A stretch of 64,000 nucleotides of DNA, filler included, from Chrysochromulina tobinii (Eukaryota), in the NCBI GenBank assembly GCA_001275005.1. It is 6 parts of 6 records of this genome, joined end to end, with 100 filler letters (N's around TTAATTAATTAA, not from the genome) between each part and the next. Parts side by side here need not be neighbours in the genome. Positions count along the whole stretch, not along the records: positions 26,423 to 45,804 come from JWZX01001299.1; 5 more parts are not named here. One strand, given 5' to 3'. This document shows positions 28,244-37,568 of this stretch, in pieces (the first letter of the stretch is position 1; each line of letters starts with the position of its first letter). The translations under genes and the position numbers were made by a program. The notes below the pieces were generated by a model, which saw only the letters and a program-made list of their open reading frames with translations, was not told the origin of the DNA and ran no database searches.

Positions 28244-31200
28244 ATGGTGAAGCCGGTGCAGAAGCAAGTACGTAACTCGTGGGGACCAGGCACCTCTGGC
28301 GGCTGCCCTCGCGTGCCCTCGTGGACGAAGAACCCGCAGTACCTCCTAACGCCGAGCGCGCCCGGCTCCTTCACGATCGTGCTCCGGTGCAATGCACAGC
28401 CGCTCCTGGACATTGGCTTCGTGGTGCTCAAGCAGCAGAGCGGCGACCGTGGCGGTCGCAAGACATCTCCAAAGGTGAGCAAGCGCGAGCTCGTGACTAA
28501 GACCACGTGGAAGCCCGTCGACGTGCAGACGGCCGAGGTGGACCTGCCGCCTCTGGCGAGCGGCGAAGCACTGGGCTACATCATCGTGCCGTGCACCTTC
28601 GACCCTGGCCACCAGGCGGCCTTTGAGCTGTCTGTCGCCTCCGTGGCCGGCGTCGCCTTCACGCTCACCGAGCTCCGCGACGACGCCGGCGCGCCGTCGC
28701 GTCCGGCGGTGCAGCCAGTGACTCTGACGGAGGCGAATGTCGCCGCCGCCAACGCGGCCAACGCCGCCTCGGGAGGGGTGCCGGCCAAGCTGCCCGCGGC
28801 CAAGGCGGCGGCCGCACCGGTCAGCGGTGGCGCGGCGGCAACGCCCTCCATCGCCAAGGCGGAGGTTCCGGTGGCCGAGAATGAGGTGCAGCCCATCTCG
28901 GAGGGCCAGGGCCTTTCTAAGAGGCAGCAGGCCGACGTGGCACGTCTCATCGCTGAGGCGGAGGCGGCGGCCGCGCAGAACGGTGGGCTGTTCGTGGACC
29001 CCAACTTTGTGGCGGGCCCGTCCTCACTCTGGGCGGACGGGCGCGCCCCGGGCGCCGAGCTGCGTGCGAGCGGGCTCCCGGCCGATCCCGTCATCGCGTG
29101 GCGCCGACCGTCCGAATTTGCGGCCGACCTGCCGTCAGGCTCGGGTGTGCCCCGGCTCTTCTCCGACGAGCGGAGCGGCGGCGTGAGCGGCGTGGTCGCC
29201 TCGGCGCTGCTCAACCACTGGCTCCTCGCCGCGTGCAACATCGTGGGCGGCGACCTGGGCGTGCTCGAGCGCGTCTTTGTCGACCGTTCACATGGCGCCC
29301 AGGGCTTCTATCTGGTACGCTATTGCGTGGACGACCCAAATTCGGACGAGCCGCCAGAGCTCTGCATGCATGTGCTCACCACGGCGCCTCGTCCCCCTCC
29401 CCACAGGTACGCTTCTACGTGGACGACCCAAAGTCGGACGACGACTGGCACGTGGTGATCGTGGACGACAGGCTGCCGTGCGGCAAGGACGGCCTTCCGT
29501 GCTTCGCGCGCACGCCCTCGCCCGCCGTGCTCTGGCTCCCGATCCTCGAGAAGGCCTTTGCCAAGTATAAGGGATGTTATGAGAAGACCGGCGGCGGCTC
29601 TGTCGAGGATGGACTTCTGTACCTGACTGGCGGCCTGTCCCGCGAAGTGGGCGTGTTGCCCTCGAATGACCCCGAGCTCGTGGACGCGCTCTGGGGCCAG
29701 ATGATGCAGTGGTGGCAGACTTCGCACGTCATCGGGTGCGAGCACCGCGTCGACGGCGAGCCGCCCGACGAGCTGACCCGAAAAGGGTTGCTCGCCAACC
29801 TGCCGTATTGCGTCATCGTGGGCGGCGAGTTCTACGGCCATCGGATGGTGAGGCTGCGCACCTTTTATGGCTATTCGGAGTGGCGCGGCAAGTGGGCCGA
29901 CGACGACCCGTCGTGGACCACGCAGATGCGCCAGCTGATGGCGTACCGTAACAATAGCGAGGACGGCACGTTCTGGATGGGCTTCGACGACTTCGTGCTC
30001 TGGTTCAACGTGCTCTTCACGTGCCGGATGGCCGACGACCGCTGGACGAAACTCACCATGCGCTCGCGCTGGCAGGGCGCGACCGCGGGGGGCTGCTGCC
30101 CCAACTTCGCCACGTGGCGCTGCAACCAGCAGTGGCTGCTCACCACCAAGCAGCCGCTCCGCCTCACCATCTCCCTGTCCGTGCCGGCTCCCTCGAGCGC
30201 GTCCACCACGGACCACGAGGCACTCTTCCCGCCCGAGGGTGCTCTAGGGATCACGATCCTCAAGGGCAACCCTGGCGCGGACGCCAAACGGCGCAAGCTG
30301 CTCCTCACCTCGGCCGACGAGCTCATTGTCCGAGCGGAGCCTCGACAGGTGCGCCGCCTCGTGCAGGACGTGACGCTCGAGCCGTCGGAGACGCCGTATG
30401 TGCTGCTGCCGCACACGTTCACACCAGGATGCGAGACTCCGTTCACGCTCGTGCTGCGCGCGGACGACGAGAACGACGACGGTCTTCCCGATTTCCATCT
30501 CGAGCCGGTGCGCCCCGAGACGGACTGGTACCAGAAGACGTTTGACGTAACCTGGGCGACAGCACTCGAGATTGTGTGCCAGCCCTCAGATCTTGCGAGC
30601 CCTCGAGACGATGGCAAGACCGCGGCGCTCAAGGCGGCACTCAGGCGTGATAAGCAGGCGGCGGGCGCGGACGACGACGACGACGACGACGATGGTAAGC
30701 CGGCCAAGCCCAATTTCGACTTCGGCGGCGCGCCGCCGGGCGGCCCGCCCAAATCGCGTGGCTTTGTGGCCAATCCTCAGATTGCCCTCAAGGCCGAGAA
30801 GGTGGGTCGCTTCTTCATAGTCGTCGATCAGCTTGGCGTCAACCTCGACGGCCGCATGAGCGAGGGCCCCTCGTCCGATATGTACCCCGAGGTGGGCGTC
30901 GCAGTCCTCGCCTCGGTCGCGGCGCTCGACGACGGCCGGCTGGACGACGGCGAGATCTTGCACGATGAGCGCGCTGCGGCTGACTCGGTCATGCTGGCGT
31001 GCGGTCTGGCCACCTCGGAGGTGGCGTACTGCGTGGTTCCCTACCTGGCCAGTCCGAAAAAGGCTCTCGCAGACCATCCCAACCTGCGCTGCCGCGTGTG
31101 CGTGTACGCTGACGTGCCCTTCACGCTCGACAGCGGCGCACCGAAGCTTGGCGCCGAGCACGCGATGAAAGAGGACGGCACGTGCACGTGCTGGAACCTG

Positions 31201-31365
31201 GGGAAGATGCCCGATCAGCAGAATGAGATGACGTGCCCCATTCTGCGCGTGTACAACTCGCTCAAGAAGATTGAGCGCGGCCTCGACCGGCAGCTCAAGT
31301 ACCTCGACACGCTCGCCCCCTTCCCGCGCGAGGCCGGCCTTGCCAACCGTGACACGAGCGGTTGA
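28244..31365 (+). CDS. Calpain-like protein (C2L/domain III - degenerate CysPc - C2L - C2L); exons 28244-29314 and 29407-31365
   Basis: WGPGTSGGC..W.KNPQY, FVDPNF, WRRP, VIVDDRLP, LEKAFAKYKGCY, EWRGKWAD, DGTFWM.FDDF; splicing restores GFYL|VRFY. Confidence 0.88.
29315..29406 (+). other. 92-nt phase-0 intron whose first 35 nt duplicate the next exon (family A tail)
   Basis: GT...CAG repairs the frame; 31/35 identity of 29315-29349 to 29407-29441; tail TGCATGCATGTGCTCACC...CCCCACAG. Confidence 0.9.
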
Positions 31366-31587
31366 CATGGACTTACGTAGTTAGCGAGTCCGTTGTCTCG
31401 TTGTCGTCTCGCCCTCACGGCTTTATCATGTACGGTCTTCAGTGCTCGGTTTGTCGGCTGGGTGGTACATGTTCATGTACAATCTGTTGTCTTGGCTGTG
31501 GAAGTAGTTTTGGAAAATGAACCACTTGGCGTAGAAGCCGAGCCAAAAAAGGCGAATTCCTGTGGACTTCCTGTGTGTGGTCTCAGA

Positions 31588-32991
31588 ATGGAAAAGGTGT
31601 CCATGCAGAAGGTGCCCATGGCGGAGCCGATGGACGTGGACATGGACTCGAATTGGAGTCCAGGTCCAGGTTCTCCTTTCAGCTCTCCTTCCAATTCTCC
31701 TTTCAGCCTATCTACCCGCATGTATACTGCAACTTTCAGCTCTCCTTCCAGTTCTCCTTTCAGCCTTTCTACCCGCATGTATACTGCAACATGTGTTGTA
31801 GGGATTTTCCTATTCGTCACTGGCGGCTCCGTCTCGCTTGCAAGTCGTTTTGTGCCCACGCCCAAAGATCCCACGGAGGCCACAGGCCTGAGCGGCACGT
31901 CATGGCTACAACTCTCTCCATCTCGACCCTTACCCTCGGTGCCACCACTGCCGCCCTCGCCGCCTCTCGATCCTCCACCATCGCTGCCGCCACAACCGAC
32001 GCCGCCGCTGATGCCGCCGCCGCTGATGCCGCCGCCGCGCTCGCCGCCGCCGCCGCCGCCGCCTCCTCAGCCTCGGTCGCCCTCGCCGTTTCCGCCCCCG
32101 CACCCCCCCAGCAACGCTGTTGAGGTCGCAAGTCGCCTCAACCTTCGCTTCCGAGCCGGTGCCGCCTCCAATGTGCTCAAAGAAGCGGGTGTGGTGATAC
32201 ATCAGTTCGATGGATACGAGGCATCATGGAACGAGCCGTGGAAATGCCCATTAGACGGCCAGTTTGGTGGGCGGCTCAGCGCCATGCTCGCCTTTCGTGG
32301 CATGAGAGCTCGCCGTGATCGCGTGGCGGTGCCACTCATCAGCAATGACGGGGGCGTGGTCGTCAGCCCATCCATTCCCATCGCGTGCGCATACGGCGAC
32401 GATGGCACGACGTATCGAGCACGAGAGAATGGCTGCTATGACCAATGGTGCCAGCGCAAGGACCCGTACGCAGGTTCAGAGACTGGCGGCCGGAAACCGT
32501 GCGGCTTCGGCAGCCAGGGCCAGATCAACGCCGCATGGCGCCCGAGCGATCTCAACGTGATGCTCGGCTTGTACAACGAGCACTCGCAGCCCTACCGCAC
32601 GCCATCCTTCTACTCTGGGTACAATGAGCTCGTGTACGGCTGCAGGGCGTGGAACGAGCGCCTCGACCGAACAATCGAAGCCTTCTTCATCGTCCAGACC
32701 AACACTCCAATCGACCTGACGAACAATCCGACGGCCCGCCGGCATCGCGACTTCCTCCAGCACACGCCTGGGCTGTCTCTGAGCAGTGCGGACCAGGTGC
32801 CTCTCCTAATCTTCAACCCACGCGACTGGGAGAGCCCCTTTAGCGTGGTTGGCGGGAGCCACGCCACGCCAGCTGTCACGCAGGCAAGGCAAAGATCTTG
32901 CCAAAGTGCGCCCTTATGGTGCACGACTTGGACGTGTGATGGACCATGGTGTAGTGGAGGGCAGCTGCCCGAGCCTTGCACTAGGTGCTGA
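31588..32991 (+). CDS. Type II membrane protein: TM, Pro-rich stalk, uncharacterised Cys-containing domain, small Cys/Trp C-terminal module
   Basis: TM CVVGIFLFVTGGSVSLA; PPSP stalk; GVVIHQFDG...YNELV...W...IEAFF; 57-nt tandem duplication at 31678-31791. Confidence 0.7.
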   Translation: MEKVSMQKVPMAEPMDVDMDSNWSPGPGSPFSSPSNSPFSLSTRMYTATFSSPSSSPFSLSTRMYTATCVVGIFLFVTGGSVSLASRFVPTPKDPTEATGLSGTSWLQLSPSRPLPSVPPLPPSPPLDPPPSLPPQPTPPLMPPPLMPPPRSPPPPPPPPQPRSPSPFPPPHPPSNAVEVASRLNLRFRAGAASNVLKEAGVVIHQFDGYEASWNEPWKCPLDGQFGGRLSAMLAFRGMRARRDRVAVPLISNDGGVVVSPSIPIACAYGDDGTTYRARENGCYDQWCQRKDPYAGSETGGRKPCGFGSQGQINAAWRPSDLNVMLGLYNEHSQPYRTPSFYSGYNELVYGCRAWNERLDRTIEAFFIVQTNTPIDLTNNPTARRHRDFLQHTPGLSLSSADQVPLLIFNPRDWESPFSVVGGSHATPAVTQARQRSCQSAPLWCTTWTCDGPWCSGGQLPEPCTRC

Positions 32992-33331
32992 GAGCTGCAC
33001 TGCCGAGGCGCTCGGGAGCTGCACACAGGATGCACTCAGGGTCGGGTTGAGGGTATACAACTTAGTACCGCGGCTGACGCGGGACGCGGTCTACCGACGC
33101 GCCACGCCGAACCCGCTTACTTTTCCTTACGTACAATGTACCGATCATCGATAATCCTTGATCGAAGACTCCTATACACTAATCGAATGTATTCCGTTCG
33201 CTCATCGCGTCCGGTCATCGCATTCCGCGACGATGAAAACGGCCCGCCTCCGATTTCTGCAACGTATCGGCCGACGTCTACCGCCCTCTATGCTCGGCTG
33301 CCCTGGCGCTCGACCTTGAGGCACCAGTGTC

Positions 33332-35227
33332 TCACTCCGCAGCAGGGTCGGGCTCATCGCCCTCTGGCTCTGCCTCTGTCGACAGCAGCAAGAAGCCATC
33401 CTCGAGCCGCCGCCTGAGCTCGCTCAGGTCCTCGTCTCCCAAGGCCTCCGCTCCGTCCTCGTCCTCGAGCTTCATCAAGTCTAGGCCCAGCTCGGCCGCC
33501 GCCATGGCTCTGAGCGACGCGAGCTCTCCCTCACCAGACATAATGGAGGAGACCACGCCCTGGCCCGCCTGGCCTACGCGACCCGTCCTGCCGGCCACGT
33601 GTACATACTCCGCGGCACTGAGCGGCGGGAGCCCAAGTGTGAACACGTGCGTCACGTTGGCGAAGTCCAGGCCACGCGCCGTCGCGAGCGGCGCCACGAG
33701 CACGGAGGCGCTCTGGCCCGCCGCCACCCCCGGCTTGAAGCCCTGCTGCGCGCCACCCGCCCGTCGAAAGCGATCGGCGAGAAGCATCGGCTCCATCCCG
33801 GTCTCGGGCAGCAGCACCGCGATCGCGTGGTCGCCCCACAGAGCGTCTCGGAGGGCCCTCGCCACCTCCTTAGCTGCGGGCTCGTCCGCCGCAAACACAA
33901 CGGCTCGGGGACGTGGGCCGAGCGCCTGCACAGCGCTCTCGGCGGCCTCCTCGGCGAACGCCTCGGCGGCGGCCGCCTTCACAGCCCGCTCGTTCACAGC
34001 CCGCTCGTACGCGCGAAGGTCCGATCGCATCATGCGCACGAGGAGCAGCAGGCGCTCACCTTCAGTAGGCGCGAACGTCGCCTGGTGAATGAGCGACGGG
34101 GGCAGCGCCGTGCGCCGCTTGGGCACAGCCTCCCCCACAAAGGCCTCCGTCAGAGTCCGACTGCTTCCATCGCCCTCAGCGAGGCACGCTGGTGCACGGA
34201 GCAGCCCTCGCTCCATGACGGCAGCGATCACGCCGTCTGTGAGTGTCGCGCCGGCCACAAAGCGTACGCACGAGGGCGGCGCGCTCCGAAGCAGCCATTG
34301 GCACCCCGGCGCATCCAGCAGTGCATCTGCCTCATCGAGAATGATGGCCGCGAGCGAGCCCAGCGGCAAGGCATCGGTGGTAGCGGCGGCGGCAGAGGCC
34401 AATCCGTCCGGGGTCGTGATCAGGAGGTCGCAGTCGGCCGCACGCAATCCCGAGGCTGAGTCACCCGTCGTCCCGGCCCATAGGACGATGCGAGAGCCCT
34501 TAGGCCCTTTGAACTTGAACAGGGAGTCGCGGGCTCCCGGCTCCCACGTGCGGCTCGCCCTCGCGTAACCACCGAGCAGCGAGTAGGCTATGCCGCCCAC
34601 CTGCTCGCACAGAGCCTCGTTCGGCACCACGATGATCGCGAGCGGAGCGCCGCGAAGCGTGAGCGACTCAGGGGTCGATTTGGCTCGCTCGGACCGCATG
34701 GTGATGAGAGCAGGCGCGAGGACGGCCATAGCGTCAGTGGGCGAGAGATTCGGTGCGGAGGCCACGGCCTCGCTCGTGCGCACGCCGCGGGCTTCGAGTG
34801 GCTGAGCGAGGACCACAGCGAGCAGCGGCATGAGATACGCGAGCGTTTTTCCCGCGCCGGTCGCCGCTCTCAGGACAACATCCTGAGCCGGTCGGGCGGA
34901 GAAGGCTGCCACCTGGACAGGCGTTGGATAGCGAAACCCGAGTTTCTCGCACCGATCGAAGAGCCACGCTGGGACGAGCTCTGTCGGCCAGCCGGACGGC
35001 TTGGCGCCCGCGTCGGCAATCAGCTTTTTCAGCCGAGCGGCCTCGGCGTAGTCCTCGGCCTCCACTGCGGCGTTCATAGCAGTGATGGCCGCGTTGACAT
35101 CGAATTCGTTGAACGATTGCATGACAGCCGTGCGCTGTAGGCAGAGCAAGCGTGGCCCACGCGCCGCAGCGGGCCCACGCGATACAGCGAAAGCCATGGC
35201 GATCGCCGGAACCAACGACGTGAACAT
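33332..35227 (-). CDS. DEAD-box RNA helicase with UVR motif, probably plastid-targeted
   Basis: Q motif GFRYPTPVQ, ATGAGKT, DEAD, GAT, ARGLD, HVAGRTGR; AVEAEDYAEAARLK; signal peptide ending AMA-F. Confidence 0.92.
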   Translation of the reverse strand: MFTSLVPAIAMAFAVSRGPAAARGPRLLCLQRTAVMQSFNEFDVNAAITAMNAAVEAEDYAEAARLKKLIADAGAKPSGWPTELVPAWLFDRCEKLGFRYPTPVQVAAFSARPAQDVVLRAATGAGKTLAYLMPLLAVVLAQPLEARGVRTSEAVASAPNLSPTDAMAVLAPALITMRSERAKSTPESLTLRGAPLAIIVVPNEALCEQVGGIAYSLLGGYARASRTWEPGARDSLFKFKGPKGSRIVLWAGTTGDSASGLRAADCDLLITTPDGLASAAAATTDALPLGSLAAIILDEADALLDAPGCQWLLRSAPPSCVRFVAGATLTDGVIAAVMERGLLRAPACLAEGDGSSRTLTEAFVGEAVPKRRTALPPSLIHQATFAPTEGERLLLLVRMMRSDLRAYERAVNERAVKAAAAEAFAEEAAESAVQALGPRPRAVVFAADEPAAKEVARALRDALWGDHAIAVLLPETGMEPMLLADRFRRAGGAQQGFKPGVAAGQSASVLVAPLATARGLDFANVTHVFTLGLPPLSAAEYVHVAGRTGRVGQAGQGVVSSIMSGEGELASLRAMAAAELGLDLMKLEDEDGAEALGDEDLSELRRRLEDGFLLLSTEAEPEGDEPDPAAE

Positions 35228-35395
35228 CGCGAGAGCACTCACTCGCTGAGTGCCACGCTCGCATTCTTCTGATTGACTTCCTCATCACAAACCTCTCCTC
35301 TCCCGCCTCCGTTCACACTACTGCAGTGTTCCCCCTTTCGTCAAAACCAGGATGGGTTCCAAGCCCCTCCCGAGCGCCCCGCTTCGTGGCGCCGC

Positions 35396-36994
35396 ATGAC
35401 CAAAATGAAGAAGAGCGGAGCCCCGGCCGACGGAGCACCGTCGGACGGAACGTCGACGAAGAAGACGGGCGCCAGCCAAAAGCCAAAGCGCTCGGACACG
35501 TCCAGGATGATGCTGTGGGCTGCGCCGGTTGTTGTCCTGCTGGCCGCTGGCATTGCATTTGTGTCCAAAACTAAGCTGTGGCACGATACTACTCCAACCC
35601 ATGCGCAATACGCGGCTCAAACCCGGCAAGGCACGGCTCCGGAGAAGGAGAATTCAACGCCATCCAAGACCGCTGCCAAAGGGCTGGGTGTGGACCCGAC
35701 AACGAGCGCCAAACTGCCAAAGGGCTGGAGCTCTGCGACGGACCCGACGACCGGCGCGCAGTACTATTTCAAGCAGGGATCGCGCGAGACGCAGTGGGAG
35801 TTTCCGACCGAGGCGGTCGCCGTTGAGGCGCCTGGAGGAGGAGCGAGCGTCGCGCCCGCGGCGGGTGAGCCCGGTGAGCCCGCGGACTGCGCCGCATGGG
35901 CGGCGGCTGGCGAGTGCACTGCCAACCCGGCCTTTATGCGTACGGAGTGCAAGGTGACGTGCGAGCGAGCGGATGAGGCCGCATCGGCCCATCTAGTGGA
36001 CCTGTACACGCCCAAGGCCGAGTGCGTCCAATGGGCGCAGATTGGCGAGTGCGAAAGCAACAAGGCCTTCATGCAGGCGCAGTGCGCGTTCTCATGCTCT
36101 CCCGCAGGCATCGGGGGCAAGGTCGATTCGCTGCGTGCCCAATACCGCGCTCGCTGCCCGCGCGCGCCCGACGTCAAGCCCGCCCTCGCTCCGGATGCGA
36201 TGAACGCGACGTTCGAGCGCGTGATGTCGGAGTTTGGCGATCTCGAGCCCGAGATGCTCTCCAGTGACCCCCCGGTTGTCCTCTTCCACAACTTCTTGAG
36301 CGAGGCTGAGGCGGAGGCGTTCATCAGGCATGGGAAAGGCAAGTACACGGAGTCGCGCGGCGTCGGCATCGACAAGAATGGCAAGACTATCGAGGTGTGA
36401 GGCCTGTGACTAGCCCTCTGATGGCCCATGATTGCCGCTCACGACGACTTATGATAGCCTCCCTCTCATCAGGTGAAGACCGAGATCCGCACTTCGCGCC
36501 ATGCCTGGTGCATGGAGAGCGCCTGCCTCGAGGACCCACTAGTGCAGGCCGTCCAGCAGCGTGTGAGCGACGTCACACAGGTACCCGTGCCCAACACTGA
36601 GTTCGCACAGCTCGTGCATTACAATGCGTGCCCGAAGCACGACGACCCCACATGCGCCTTCTACCGGCGTCACTCGGACTGGATCGACGGCGACATCCAC
36701 CTCGTGCAGGGCGTGCGCCTCTACACAATGTTCATGTACCTCAACGACGTTCCGGAGGACGGCGGCGGCGGCACGCGCTTCACCGACCTGCCGGGAGGGC
36801 CGCTCACCATCCAACCCAAAAGGGGGAGGGCCGTGCTATGGCCCTCGGTGCTCGCGAGCGACCCAGGCAAACAAGACCACCGCACGCACCACGAGGCGAT
36901 GACCGTGTTCAAGGGCGAGAAGTTTGGCGCCAACTTTTGGATCCACCAGTACGACTTCCGCACGCCGTACAAGATTGGGTGCACCCTAAATTAG
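35396..36994 (+). CDS. Prolyl 4-hydroxylase with TM anchor, WW domain and two ShKT domains; exons 35396-36394 and 36473-36994
   Basis: LPKGWSSATDPTTGAQYYF...TQWEFP (WW); C..WA..GEC..N..FM...C...C twice; FHNFLS..E, RTS, HSD, FMYLNDV..GGGT.F, HEA..V..GEK. Confidence 0.92.
36395..36472 (+). other. 78-nt phase-0 intron (family B tail)
   Basis: GAG|GTG...CTGATGGCCCATGATTGCC...GCCTCCCTCTCATCAG|GTG removes the in-frame stop. Confidence 0.9.
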
Positions 36995-37568
36995 CCACAC
37001 CACACGAGAGGGACGACGGGGCGGGCGCGATCAATTCCATCCGGCCGTCCTTGCGCGTTGCGGCCATAAAGCGGATCCGCGTTGATTGTGAGGCCCCGGC
37101 AGGGCCGCGCAGGGGCCGCGCGACAGGACACGGTCTCTACCGGGCTGTGCGGTCGTGGTGTAATCTATAACACGCCATCGCGCATCGGATATCTCTGACC
37201 GTCGCAGCGATAAGCAAACCTCCACGACCACGAGTGCATGTCTCCCCGGATCGGATCGGATGTATGGTGTTTCCCTCTATCGGTCCGATTTAGGTCCGGT
37301 CCGATTAATCGGTTCTCGGCCGGCTTTTTCCGGGCGAGGCAGCGCCGACAACGCGGTCGACCCGTCTGTCCCTCCCCATCGCCGAAACCCGAACCCTCGC
37401 CGGAAAACCGAACCTTACTTCGACCTTGCCAACTCTTTATGGCCCTCTTCACTTCCGTTGGAGCTCGTTGGCATCTCCCGAGGACCGCATCCAACCGCCA
37501 CGGCGCACCCGGCGCCATGCCGGTTGTTAAGCCGGTTGCCGCGCCCGCTCCCGCTTCCCATTCGAATG

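Noticed and set aside
37308..37332. ATCGGTTCTCGGCC resembling the 5' end of U2 snRNA
   Set aside because: No GTAGTA branch-pairing sequence or Sm site follows
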